Virus record (IMG/VR): IMGVR_UViG_3300020069_000003
Span: 1 to 64,000 of that record
Length of the DNA stretch: 64,000 bases
DNA from: a virus
Lineage: Duplodnaviria; Caudoviricetes
Strand: one strand, 5' to 3'
Both the position numbers and the translations under genes were made by a program. The notes under the pieces were generated by a model. The model was not told the DNA's origin, ran no database searches, and was given only the letters and a program-made list of their open reading frames with translations. Shown here one piece after another: positions 7,963 through 17,282 of the stretch (its first letter is position 1; each line of letters opens with the position of its first letter).

Positions 7963-9594
7963 GTGGCTAACCCCGTTGAGGCGACGCTGGCCGCCAGCCA
8001 AGACCTGATGGAGGGCCTGCAGACGCTGGCAAACTCTCTGCCGGACTACCACCGGGCAGAGATGTACTACGAGGCCACCAACCCGGAGTTCTTCGCCAGC
8101 ATCCGCCTGCGACGTGCTCTGGAGCGCACCGGCATCACTTTCCGGTTCAACCTGGCCAAGACCCCGGTTGACGTCATGGCCGACCGCCTGGAGATCAACG
8201 CCATCCAGGTGGCGGACGACGAACAGGCCGACCAGATCCTGCAGCGGATCTGGGAGCGGAATCTGATGGAACTGGAGTCCACCAACATCCACCGCCGGGC
8301 GGGGGAGTTCGGGGACGCATACCTGATCGTCTGGCCGTCGCCCGACCAGGACGAGGACGACCGATCGGGCACGGCGCTGGAGGAGGACCAGGCCGAGGAC
8401 GACCTGGACTACCAGCCGGTGGACATGTTCTACAACTCGCCGAAGACCACGCGGGTCGTGTACGACATTGAGAACCCGACCCGCAAGAAATACGCCATCA
8501 AGAAGTGGACGCTTCCGGCCCAGCTGGGGATGAAGTCGAAGCCCCCCACCCGGGTCAACCTGTACTACCCGGACCGGATTGAGAAGTACATCACAGTAGC
8601 CAACTCCAAAGGCAACCAGCGTCGCGACTGGATCCAGTTCCGGGACGACGACGACGAGGAGTGGCCCTGCCCCAACCCGTTCGGCGAAATACCGGTGTTC
8701 CACTTCCGCACCGGCACCCCCTATGGCGACCCGGAGCACCGGGCGGCGTACGGCCCGCAGGATGCCATCAACAAGCTGATCATCACGCACGCCGCGACGA
8801 TCGACTACTACGGCTTCCCCCAGCGGTACCTGCTCGCCAATCCGGACAAGGGATCGGACGAGCTGGCCGACTTCGACACCTCCGACGACATCAACCGATT
8901 TGAGGACACCGGCCACGACTCCACGCTGCGCGCGGGACCGGGCGAGGTGTGGTGGCTGAACGGCGTGCGGCAGGCGGGGCAGTTCGAGCCGCCGGACCCC
9001 CAGGTGTTCCTGTCGCCGCTGGAGGTCTACGTCCGGATGATGGCGCAGGTCACCAGCACCCCGCTGCACTATTTCGACCCGCAGACCTACTCCCGCCTGC
9101 CCCCGTCGGGCGAGTCGATCCGCGCGGCCGAGGTCCCGCTGCTGAAGAAGGTGCGCCGCCGACAGGTCACCTACGGGCGCGGCTGGACCGAGTCGATGCA
9201 GTTCGCGCTGAAGATCGCTACCTGGGAGGACGACTCCGGCACCGGGCGTATCTTCAACCCGAACGTGGTGGTGCGCTGGACGCCCAGCGCCACCATCGAC
9301 GACGCGGCAGGCTGGCAGATGATGAGGGTCAAGAAAGACCTGGGCGTGCCCGGCCGCCAGATCCTCCAGGAGGCGGGGTACGAGGAGGAGCAGGTCGAGG
9401 AGTGGCTGCCGTACGGCGGGGACGACCTTGACCAGCGGGTGGATCTGCTGGTCAAGGTGGCTGGTGCCGCACAGCAGCTGGCCACCGCCGCCAGTCTCGG
9501 AGCGATGGATTCCAAGCAGGTCAACTCGATCATCATGAACCTGCTGAACCTGCCTGACGAGAAATCTACCGAATACGACGAAGGGACAGCCTGA
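7963..9594 (+). CDS. portal protein (SPP1 gp6-like)
   Basis: GGAGGT SD plus GTG; position after terL; GEIPVFHFR and QDAINKLI segments typical of actinophage portals. Confidence 0.9.
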   Translation: MANPVEATLAASQDLMEGLQTLANSLPDYHRAEMYYEATNPEFFASIRLRRALERTGITFRFNLAKTPVDVMADRLEINAIQVADDEQADQILQRIWERNLMELESTNIHRRAGEFGDAYLIVWPSPDQDEDDRSGTALEEDQAEDDLDYQPVDMFYNSPKTTRVVYDIENPTRKKYAIKKWTLPAQLGMKSKPPTRVNLYYPDRIEKYITVANSKGNQRRDWIQFRDDDDEEWPCPNPFGEIPVFHFRTGTPYGDPEHRAAYGPQDAINKLIITHAATIDYYGFPQRYLLANPDKGSDELADFDTSDDINRFEDTGHDSTLRAGPGEVWWLNGVRQAGQFEPPDPQVFLSPLEVYVRMMAQVTSTPLHYFDPQTYSRLPPSGESIRAAEVPLLKKVRRRQVTYGRGWTESMQFALKIATWEDDSGTGRIFNPNVVVRWTPSATIDDAAGWQMMRVKKDLGVPGRQILQEAGYEEEQVEEWLPYGGDDLDQRVDLLVKVAGAAQQLATAASLGAMDSKQVNSIIMNLLNLPDEKSTEYDEGTA

Positions 9595-9878
9595 TGGCCT
9601 ATTCGAGCGGATACGCCAAGGGAGCGGCGAACGACGCCGATCTGCTGCACGGTTGCGGGCAGACGGGCCAGGTCACCCACGCCAGCGCCAGGGGCACCGA
9701 GACCACCTCCTCCACCAAGAAAGGCATGGACCCGGGCATGTCGGCCGCGCTAGGTCGGCCCCGGGCCAAGTCCGACATGCCGGGATCGACGCCGGAGGAC
9801 GTCAACGTGGCCCCCGGCCAGCGCACCACCAAGTCCCTGGGGTACGGCAAGACCCCGCCCCCGATGCCGCGCCGCTAG
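9594..9878 (+). CDS. small low-complexity protein
   Basis: TGATG coupling to portal. Confidence 0.6.
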   Translation: MAYSSGYAKGAANDADLLHGCGQTGQVTHASARGTETTSSTKKGMDPGMSAALGRPRAKSDMPGSTPEDVNVAPGQRTTKSLGYGKTPPPMPRR

Positions 9879-9899
9879 ACCGAGAGGACAGACCGCCTG

Positions 9900-10142
9900 A
9901 TGTCCAAGAAAAAGACACCCGCCGAGTACCGCCGTGCCGCCAAGCAGCTGGCTGCGAAGGCCCCGCAGAAGGACGACCGCGTGGTCGACCAGTCGGGGTC
10001 TAACGGCAGCGTGATCGGTACGGCGGCGGGGGTGGTGAAGGTGCAGCACGACGACGGCAAGATAGCCTTCCACGCGCTGGGAGCGGTACGCAAGGTCAAC
10101 CCGGCTCCGGCGGCGCCGGAGGTCAAGAAGAAGGTCAAGTAG
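9900..10142 (+). CDS. Lys-rich small protein with SH3/KOW-like core
   Basis: DRVVDQSGSNGSVIG...VKVQHDDG core between basic termini. Confidence 0.65.
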   Translation: MSKKKTPAEYRRAAKQLAAKAPQKDDRVVDQSGSNGSVIGTAAGVVKVQHDDGKIAFHALGAVRKVNPAPAAPEVKKKVK

Positions 10143-10153
10143 GGGTGGTGTGA

Positions 10154-11524
10154 GTGAACTGGGCCAAGTGGGATGCCGAGCACGGGCATGGCGGTACCGG
10201 CGTGTCCTCGGCCGACAAGATCGCGGCCCAGATCCGAGGTGCGCTCGGAGCGGGCAAGACCGACGAGCCCAAGGTCAGGACAGTCCGAGGTCGCAGCGGG
10301 TCCACGATCTCCCGGGCCGAGTCGGCACGGTCGGCCGTCTCCCACGTCCAGAAGAGCGACATGAAGCGCCCTGCCCCGGTCAAGGGTGAGAAGGACCAGG
10401 CGGATTCGTTCCGGACCAAGATACGGATGGCCGAGTACAACCGCAAGAAAGCCGCCGCCGTGTCGCAGGACCCGGTCGACAAGCACACCCCGCGCACCGA
10501 GGCCCGGTCCAACCCTGCATCTGACTCGTCCAAGAAAATCGCTGACCAGATACGGGGGGTCCACGGGGCGCAGCACGGGAAGGACGTCCCCGCACCAGCT
10601 AAGAAGACGGCGCGCGCGCCCAAGACCGTCAAAACCGAGGCAGAGCCGACCTTGTACAAGGACGACGAGTACGGACGTGCGTCCAAGGCAGCGGACGAGG
10701 CGACCCGGAAGGCTGAGGCCGACCCGACCGACGAGAACCACAAGGCGGCGATGGCCGCCCACAGCTACGCGGCGGGCAAGCTGGGGTCCGGCAAGGTCAG
10801 CAGCAAGAACCCGGGCGCGGTTACGTACCACAACGCCATGCGTACGTACCACTACTACGCCAACCACCCGAACCGTCCGAAGGCGGGGGTGGTGGAGGAG
10901 CACGGGGACCGGGTGGACCCGAACGCGGCTGCCGGGCAGTTTCTGGACACGAGAAGCCGGGCAGCGTCTGAGGCTGCGTACAACTCCATACCGGAGGTGC
11001 GCAAGACGGGGGTGGGTCCGGAGCACCTGGACTCTGTCAGGGCGTACACCAAAGGGTCGGACGCCACCATCAACAGCCACCTGCGCAGCGGGCCCAGTTC
11101 CGACCCCAGCGTGGCAGCGCAGGCCCAGGGGCATATCGACCGGCTGGACGAGGCTTTCGCCAAGCAGGCTCCGCTGTCCAGCGACCTGACCTCGTACCGG
11201 GGCGTGTCCCACGTGGAGCAGCTGTTCGGCAAGGTGGGGGAGAGGGTGGGTAGCGAGTTTGTCGACCACGGATTCTCCAGTACCACCACCAACCCGGAGA
11301 TCGCACGGTCGTTCGGGGCACAGCATCAGGGCGGGGCGTTGCTGCGGGTCACCACCAAGGCCGGTACGCGAGTGTTGAATCCGGCCGGTGCGGGCGGGTT
11401 CGGACGGTCCGAGCGCGAGATCATGATGCCTCGGGGGTCTTCCTACCGCGTCAAGGCAGACCGTATGGTCAGGCTGCACGACGGCACCCTACAACGTCAG
11501 ATCGACCTGGAGCACGGAGGATGA
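10154..11524 (+). CDS. ADP-ribosyltransferase 1 (VIP2-like, R-S-ExE)
   Basis: YTKGSDATINSHLR, SYRG, GFSSTT, SEREIMMPR; basic N-terminal region with WAKWDAEH leader. Confidence 0.9.
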   Translation: MNWAKWDAEHGHGGTGVSSADKIAAQIRGALGAGKTDEPKVRTVRGRSGSTISRAESARSAVSHVQKSDMKRPAPVKGEKDQADSFRTKIRMAEYNRKKAAAVSQDPVDKHTPRTEARSNPASDSSKKIADQIRGVHGAQHGKDVPAPAKKTARAPKTVKTEAEPTLYKDDEYGRASKAADEATRKAEADPTDENHKAAMAAHSYAAGKLGSGKVSSKNPGAVTYHNAMRTYHYYANHPNRPKAGVVEEHGDRVDPNAAAGQFLDTRSRAASEAAYNSIPEVRKTGVGPEHLDSVRAYTKGSDATINSHLRSGPSSDPSVAAQAQGHIDRLDEAFAKQAPLSSDLTSYRGVSHVEQLFGKVGERVGSEFVDHGFSSTTTNPEIARSFGAQHQGGALLRVTTKAGTRVLNPAGAGGFGRSEREIMMPRGSSYRVKADRMVRLHDGTLQRQIDLEHGG

Positions 11525-11664
11525 CGGACGTGGCGGATTCGAAGAAGTCCAAGCGGTTCACCTGGACACCGGGCGACCTGGTGTGGAAAGATCGTCCTAC
11601 CAGTGCCCAGAAGCTGGCTGGTCAGGCGAGCGTGCCTAAGCGGAAGCAGGAGGGGAGCAAGTGA
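11521..11664 (+). CDS. micro-protein A (47 aa, TWxPGDxxW motif)
   Basis: MTDVADSKKSKRFTWTPGDLVWKDRPTSAQKLAG...; ATGA and GTGA overlaps with ART1 and ART2; not in the ORF track. Confidence 0.75.
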   Translation: MTDVADSKKSKRFTWTPGDLVWKDRPTSAQKLAGQASVPKRKQEGSK

Positions 11665-13754
11665 GCTGGGCCAAGTGGGACGCCGAACACCGCAGCGCCG
11701 GTGTGCGCGTGGCCGACGTAGGTGGCGGTCGGTCCAAGGTGACCTCGGGCGGCAAGCACCTGGGGAACATCGAGAAGCAGGGTAACCTGTACAAGGCCGT
11801 AACCAAGGTCAACGGGAACCTGCAGTCCCACACCGCCCTTACCCACCAGGGTGCGTTGAATCACATCCGGGCGGTGCACGGACTGCCTGCGGTGTCGTCC
11901 AAGAAAGCGGCTGCTCCTCAGGTCCCGCACGTCCCCGGCATGGGCCTGGCGTCTCCGAAGAAGACGGCGGCCAAAAAGACGGCAGCCGCCGCCCCCAAGA
12001 CCGCTGCCGCAGCCCGCGACGCCATGCACGCTCCCGCACCGGCCAAGAAAACCGCCGCGCCCTTCCACGCCTGGAACGCTGAACACGGATCGGGCGGGGG
12101 TGGTGTATCGTCCGCCGACCAGATCGCCGCTTCGATCCGGGGTGCGCTCGGTCCGGGCAAGATGGACGCGCCGAAGATGACGTCCAAGACCGGCAAGTCC
12201 GGGTCGACCATCTCCCGGGCGGCCGAGTCGCGCTCGACCGCCGCGCACGTCCTGAAGAAGGACATGAAGCGTCCGGCACCGGTGAAGGGCGAGAAGGACC
12301 CGGCCGACGCCTTCCGTACCAAGATCCGCATGGCCGCCTACAACGAGAAGAAGAAGCAGGCGGTGGCGGCCGACCCGGTGAACGCGCACACCCCCCACAC
12401 CGAAGAGGCCCTGAACCCGCACGACATGTCTCCGACGGACAAGGCAGAGGCCTATATGAAGGCTCGCAAGGCTGCCAACGCCGCAGGGTCGAAGGCGATG
12501 CAGGAGAATACCGTAGCGGCCCACCAGGCGGCCTACGACGCCCACAACAAAGCGATGGGCCTGGCCACCAGCTACGGGATCAAAAAAGGCCACAGGGGCA
12601 ACATGGAGCTGCACGCCAAGCAGATCCAGAAGCTCGGCGGTACGGTCAACCCGGGCAAGGGAGCGCCCGCCGCCAAGAAAACGGCGGCGTCGTCCTCGGC
12701 CGACAAGATCGCGGCGGCGATCAAGGGCGCCCACGCCGAGCAGCACGGCAAGGTGGTACCCAGCGCCCCGGCGGTGAAGAAGGCAGCTGCGCCCAAGGCC
12801 AAGGCTCCGAAGGTGACTCACACCGTCCCGGCCCTGGTGGAGAACAAGCACGCGGAGGGCAGCACGGAGGACCTGGCGGACAAGGCGGACGCTGCTACCC
12901 ACGCCGCCAACGCCAGCCCGTCGTACGTCAATCACCAGAAGGCGTATCAGGCTCACGCGGCGGTGCTGTCGAAGCTCGGCAGCACGTCGCACTCCGGGTC
13001 CGACCAGTACAAGGCCCGCGACTACCACACCATGATGCAGGGATACCACCGGTTCGCGGCCGACCACCCGAGCAAGGTGATCCCGGCGGGAGTGAAGGAG
13101 GAGCACACGGACAAGCTGGCCGACCGGATACCCCAGGCCAGCGCACACCAGATGTTTACCTCGTTCACCGAGAGCAACTCCCGGCGGCACTCCCAGCAGC
13201 TGTACACGGCGCTTCCGAGGGCGTCCGAGGCCAAGCTGACGGCGGCCGAGAAGTCGTCGATCGGGGCGTACTCCAGCAGCGGATACGGGACGATCAACGC
13301 GCACCACCGCAACCCCGGAAAGCTGTCCGCAACCGACAAGGCGTACGCCGAGAAGCACACCGCCAACCTGGACTCGGCGTTCAGGAAGCAACCCGCTCTG
13401 GAGCACGACCTGGTGACCTACCGGGGGACCCGGGAAGCGGACAAGCTGTTCGGCAAGGTGGGGGAGAAGGTCGGGGGCGAGTTCGTCGACCACGGATACA
13501 CCAGTACCGCTACTCACGCGGCGGTCGGCGGCGGATTCGGCGGCGGCATGGCCGGTAGCAACACCAACACGCTGGTCCGCATCCTGCATCCCCAGGGGTC
13601 CAAGGTGATGAAGCTGTCCGACACCAGCAGCTTCGGCGATTCCGAGCGGGAGATCCTGACACCGCGCGGCACCCGGTTCCACATCGCCGCCGACCGGATC
13701 GTCACGCTACAGAACGGCCGGACTCAGCGGCAGGTGGACCTGATCCGCAAGTAG
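11661..13754 (+). CDS. ADP-ribosyltransferase 2 (VIP2-like, R-S-ExE)
   Basis: YSSSGYGTINAHHR, TYRG, GYTSTA, SEREILTPR; K/A-rich N-terminus, paralog of ART1. Confidence 0.9.
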   Translation: MSWAKWDAEHRSAGVRVADVGGGRSKVTSGGKHLGNIEKQGNLYKAVTKVNGNLQSHTALTHQGALNHIRAVHGLPAVSSKKAAAPQVPHVPGMGLASPKKTAAKKTAAAAPKTAAAARDAMHAPAPAKKTAAPFHAWNAEHGSGGGGVSSADQIAASIRGALGPGKMDAPKMTSKTGKSGSTISRAAESRSTAAHVLKKDMKRPAPVKGEKDPADAFRTKIRMAAYNEKKKQAVAADPVNAHTPHTEEALNPHDMSPTDKAEAYMKARKAANAAGSKAMQENTVAAHQAAYDAHNKAMGLATSYGIKKGHRGNMELHAKQIQKLGGTVNPGKGAPAAKKTAASSSADKIAAAIKGAHAEQHGKVVPSAPAVKKAAAPKAKAPKVTHTVPALVENKHAEGSTEDLADKADAATHAANASPSYVNHQKAYQAHAAVLSKLGSTSHSGSDQYKARDYHTMMQGYHRFAADHPSKVIPAGVKEEHTDKLADRIPQASAHQMFTSFTESNSRRHSQQLYTALPRASEAKLTAAEKSSIGAYSSSGYGTINAHHRNPGKLSATDKAYAEKHTANLDSAFRKQPALEHDLVTYRGTREADKLFGKVGEKVGGEFVDHGYTSTATHAAVGGGFGGGMAGSNTNTLVRILHPQGSKVMKLSDTSSFGDSEREILTPRGTRFHIAADRIVTLQNGRTQRQVDLIRK

Positions 13755-13762
13755 TTTATAGC

Positions 13763-13792
13763 GTGACACAAAGTCAATGGGTATGATACAAT
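13763..13792 (+). promoter_or_regulatory. promoter GTGACA-18-TACAAT with overlapping operator GTGAC-ACAAA-GTCAA
   Basis: AT-rich intergenic region before AAGGAGGT SD. Confidence 0.6.
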
Positions 13793-13815
13793 TTTCTTAG
13801 ATAAGGAGGTGTGTA

Positions 13816-13986
13816 GTGAAGACACCCAAGACGCCGACTGACGAACGAACCGCCGACAAGATGACTTGGAAGCCCGGGGATGTCCAGTGGGTCAAGGACC
13901 CACCGGCCCGTCCGAAGAGAACCGCTGCCCAGCGGCTGGCCGACCGGATCCGGCGCAGTGACGGAACCGACCAACAGCGCCGGTAA
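13816..13986 (+). CDS. micro-protein B (56 aa, TWxPGDxxW motif)
   Basis: MKTPKTPTDERTADKMTWKPGDVQWVKDPPARPKRTAAQRLADR...; strong AAGGAGGT SD; homologous to micro-protein A. Confidence 0.75.
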   Translation: MKTPKTPTDERTADKMTWKPGDVQWVKDPPARPKRTAAQRLADRIRRSDGTDQQRR

Positions 13987-15082
13987 CACCCCGGCCGAGC
14001 AACAGGCTGTGTCAACGGTGACGGTGGAGAACGCCGCCGCCGTCGCAGCCATGTTGGTGCTGGAGAAACATGCGGTCGAGGCCGTGTCCGGACCCCTGCG
14101 CAGGCAGCTGTCCGACACTCTCCGGCTTCTGGCCAGCAGGTATGTGCTGATGTTCGGGGGACTGGACCGTTCCACCACCCCCGCCCAGGCACAGCAGCTC
14201 GTCAGCGTATTGACTGTCGAGCTGGAGCAGATTCGACAGTACGACCCGGTACCGGCGCTGACCGCCGCCACCGACGATGCCCGACGGGCGGGGGTGGTGT
14301 ACGCCAACCGGCACCTGCCGGACCCGGTGTCGGAGGCAGAGGTACCGGTGGACAAGGCCGTACAGGACGCGGTCGAGGCTGCCCCGGCCGCGATCTCCGA
14401 CGCTGTGGACGCGGCGCAGCAGTTTGCGCAGCAGCTGCCCATCACCGGCTGGGACGACGCCGTGCGGGCGGTGGGCAAGGCCAGCCAGGCGGCCTCGAAC
14501 CTGGAGGGGCGAACCTCCTGGGTGGTCAACCGGGCCAACTCGTCCTCGATCTCCTACATCGCCGCCCAGCGCGGCGCCCTGCTGCTGTGGGTGGCGGAGC
14601 CGGACGCCTGTGTAGTCTGTCTGGCGCTGTCTGGACACACGGTCAACCCGGCCGAGGGCGAAGGATTTGACGAGACGGCCACTTTCGGAAAGCCGGGGTC
14701 GGCACCGGATATCTACCCGCCCGGTATGCCGCTGATGCGTCCGCCGCGTCACCGATATTGCCGCTGCCACCCGGAGATCTGGTACGGCCCGGCGGTACCG
14801 GCGGGCGGCCCCGAGGAGACCTCGCTGTACAACCGGCCGGGGGTCGGGGCCAACGTGGACCTGCCCGCCGCTCTGCGGCGCGAGGCCAAGCGGTCGATCC
14901 TGTACGGATGGTCGCTACCCAGCGAATCCAATATTTCACGACTCGATGCTGCGGCCCGTCTGCTGGCCAAGGGCGCAGGTCTTCCGAAGTCGGTTGAGGC
15001 CAAGTCCCGCGCGGCAGTCAACAAGGGCAAGTTCGACAACCGGGTACATCCGTCGAAGAGGCGCACTGCACACCGTCCGTAG
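13958..15082 (+). CDS. MuF-like minor capsid protein (start uncertain)
   Basis: WVAEPDACVVCLALSG and PPRHRYCRCH motifs of the SPP1 gp7/MuF family. Confidence 0.85.
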   Translation: MTEPTNSAGNTPAEQQAVSTVTVENAAAVAAMLVLEKHAVEAVSGPLRRQLSDTLRLLASRYVLMFGGLDRSTTPAQAQQLVSVLTVELEQIRQYDPVPALTAATDDARRAGVVYANRHLPDPVSEAEVPVDKAVQDAVEAAPAAISDAVDAAQQFAQQLPITGWDDAVRAVGKASQAASNLEGRTSWVVNRANSSSISYIAAQRGALLLWVAEPDACVVCLALSGHTVNPAEGEGFDETATFGKPGSAPDIYPPGMPLMRPPRHRYCRCHPEIWYGPAVPAGGPEETSLYNRPGVGANVDLPAALRREAKRSILYGWSLPSESNISRLDAAARLLAKGAGLPKSVEAKSRAAVNKGKFDNRVHPSKRRTAHRP

Positions 15083-15146
15083 CCGATGTTAAACTGGCTA
15101 CAGTTTGCAGATGCAGACAGCTGTCGCCCCCGTTGGGAGTTCGCAC

Positions 15147-15998
15147 ATGAGCCGTATCCGCCTGCTTCCCCCGCCCGGTCAACCGATCGGCCACCTCAGG
15201 GACGGACGTCCCGTCTACCCCGTGATCGGAGCAGCCTCCGACGAGTTCGAGATCGAGGCCGATGAGCCCGACGACGCGGAGGACGAGCCCGACGACGACG
15301 AGGAGGAGGACGAGGAGGAGAGTGGCCAGGACGGCAAGTGGACCCCTCCCTCGAAGACCGAGTGGCTGAAGGTCCAGAGCGCCCTGTCGAAGGCCAACGC
15401 GTCGGCCAAGGAGCGCCGTCTGGCGCTGGCCGAGAAGGAGAAGGCCATCGCGGAGCTGCAGAAGCGGGAGGCCGAGCGGGAGGCCGAGGCCGAGCGCAAG
15501 GCCCTACTGGACGGCCAGCAGCCGACACCGGCGGGCAAGGGTAAGAAGGGGGGCAGGGGTGGTGTAACGCCGCCTGCCCCGATGCTCCCGGACAGCGTGC
15601 TGACTAAGGCCCAGGTGCGGCAGCTGACCGCGCAGGCGGCGAAGGAGGCCGAGGAGCGTACAGCCGCCAAGTACCAGGACAAGGTGGTGAAGGCGGCGGC
15701 TCGTGCGGCTCTGAAGGACGCCGGTGCAGCGGGCAACGTCTCCCGGCTGGTGGCGCTGCTGAATCTGGAGGAGGTCCAGATCGACGACGACGGCGAGGTT
15801 GCCGAGGGTCTCGACGACCAGATCGAACAGCTGAAGCAGGAGCTGCCGCAGCTGTTCGCTCCGCCGGAGCCGCCCAAGCCGGTGCGCAAGCGGGCCCCGG
15901 CTCCGAAGGTCACGCCAGCCGGTCGCCAGGACATCGAGGAGCGTCCGCAGTCCTCAGCCGAGCGTATCGCCGCACTGGCACTCGGCAACCGCGTATAG
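15147..15998 (+). CDS. capsid scaffolding protein
   Basis: Acidic tract plus coiled coil, directly upstream of the capsid gene. Confidence 0.8.
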   Translation: MSRIRLLPPPGQPIGHLRDGRPVYPVIGAASDEFEIEADEPDDAEDEPDDDEEEDEEESGQDGKWTPPSKTEWLKVQSALSKANASAKERRLALAEKEKAIAELQKREAEREAEAERKALLDGQQPTPAGKGKKGGRGGVTPPAPMLPDSVLTKAQVRQLTAQAAKEAEERTAAKYQDKVVKAAARAALKDAGAAGNVSRLVALLNLEEVQIDDDGEVAEGLDDQIEQLKQELPQLFAPPEPPKPVRKRAPAPKVTPAGRQDIEERPQSSAERIAALALGNRV

Positions 15999-16001
15999 CT
16001 C

Positions 16002-16029
16002 TTGACGTCCTGACGTGGTAACATAGTCT
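16002..16029 (+). promoter_or_regulatory. putative capsid promoter TTGACG...TAGTCT
   Basis: Sigma70-like hexamers; lacks the right half of the operator palindrome. Confidence 0.5.
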
Positions 16030-16112
16030 CAGCTCGCGGGTGCGGGTGGGTACGGACCTGGATTGGTCTAAATCAACCAGCAACGACTCACCCAAACCCA
16101 GGAGACAAGCAG

Positions 16113-17159
16113 ATGTTCTCTGCTAACCGTCTGCCGGGCGGTCCTGGTATCGCCCCCAAGACGATCATCGGCTACATCGGCGACAGGCCGGTCTACGCCG
16201 TCGCGGGCGGTGCCCGAGACACGATGGAAGCGTGGATCCCCGAGGAGTTCGACTCCCAGGTGATCATGCGCGTGAACCAGATCTCCGGCGTCGAGGCGCT
16301 GGGATCTCCGGTCCCCATGAACTCCGAGACCCGGTCGGTTCCCCGGTCCGCCGGTGTCGGCGTGGCGCTGGTCGCCAAGGGCGGCACCTACTCCGAGGAC
16401 CAGTCGGTCAACGACTCGGTGATCCTGTCGGCGCAGAAGTTCGGCCAGGCGGTCCGGATCGCGGAAGAGGACATCGACGACGCGATCGCCGACGTCATCG
16501 CGACCAAGCAGAAGGACTGGGCTACCTCCTACGGCAAGATGTTCGACAACGCCTGCCTGGCGACGTCGGCCGCCGTCGGTACAGGCGTTCCGTTCGCGTC
16601 GGTGTACTACAGCCTGACCCAGACGAACTCGAACACCGGATACACCGCCAACGCCAACCTGACCCAGACCGGCAGCGCGGGCACCACCTACGCCACCCTC
16701 TCCAACTCGCTGGGCAACGTCGAGCGCGGCAACTACTTCGACATCTCGGAGATGGTCTGCCTCGCCCACCCGGCGTACCGCAACCTGCTGCGGAACATCA
16801 AGGACACGAACAACCGCCCGATCTTCCAGGAGTCGACGGCGGGCTTCCCCGGCGGCGGCATGGCCGCGTCTCCGGACACGATCTTCGGTATCCCGATCCA
16901 CTGGTCTCTCGGCGCGATGACCTCGGCGACGGCCACCCCGACCCCGACCGGCAACCCGCTGCTGATCTGGGCCAACCGCAACTACATGATCATCGGCCGC
17001 CGGTCGGGTCCGGAGTCGGTGTTCATCGACGGCCGGAACGGCCTGTCGGCGCTGACCGACGAGTCGATCCTGAAGATGTGCGCCCGGCGCGCGTTCGCGG
17101 TCGGCCACGAGGCGGCGTTCGCGGTCCACGAGGACAACTCGGGCAACATCAACCTGTGA
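16113..17159 (+). CDS. major capsid protein (HK97 fold)
   Basis: Position, 348 aa, ISEEDIDD-like segment (IAEEDIDD), KDTNNRPIF and IFGIPI motifs. Confidence 0.9.
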   Translation: MFSANRLPGGPGIAPKTIIGYIGDRPVYAVAGGARDTMEAWIPEEFDSQVIMRVNQISGVEALGSPVPMNSETRSVPRSAGVGVALVAKGGTYSEDQSVNDSVILSAQKFGQAVRIAEEDIDDAIADVIATKQKDWATSYGKMFDNACLATSAAVGTGVPFASVYYSLTQTNSNTGYTANANLTQTGSAGTTYATLSNSLGNVERGNYFDISEMVCLAHPAYRNLLRNIKDTNNRPIFQESTAGFPGGGMAASPDTIFGIPIHWSLGAMTSATATPTPTGNPLLIWANRNYMIIGRRSGPESVFIDGRNGLSALTDESILKMCARRAFAVGHEAAFAVHEDNSGNINL

Positions 17160-17196
17160 CGCGCGGCCTGACGGCCACCCGCGTCCCGCCACAGAC

Positions 17197-17255
17197 GGCG
17201 GACGGCGTCTCAGGCGGAACGCCGTCCGCCCAGCCGGTCCCTGCCGGGACCGGCT
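17197..17255 (+). terminator. tandem perfect hairpins after the capsid gene
   Basis: 12-bp stem 17197-17230 and 10-bp stem 17232-17255. Confidence 0.65.
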
Positions 17256-17282
17256 CCGGTATACCGCCGAAGGAGCGACCAG

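Noticed and set aside
10154-15082. MuF-toxin fusion or frameshifted MuF-ART gene
   Set aside because: The ARTs and MuF are separate, cleanly terminated ORFs with intervening micro-ORFs and a promoter.
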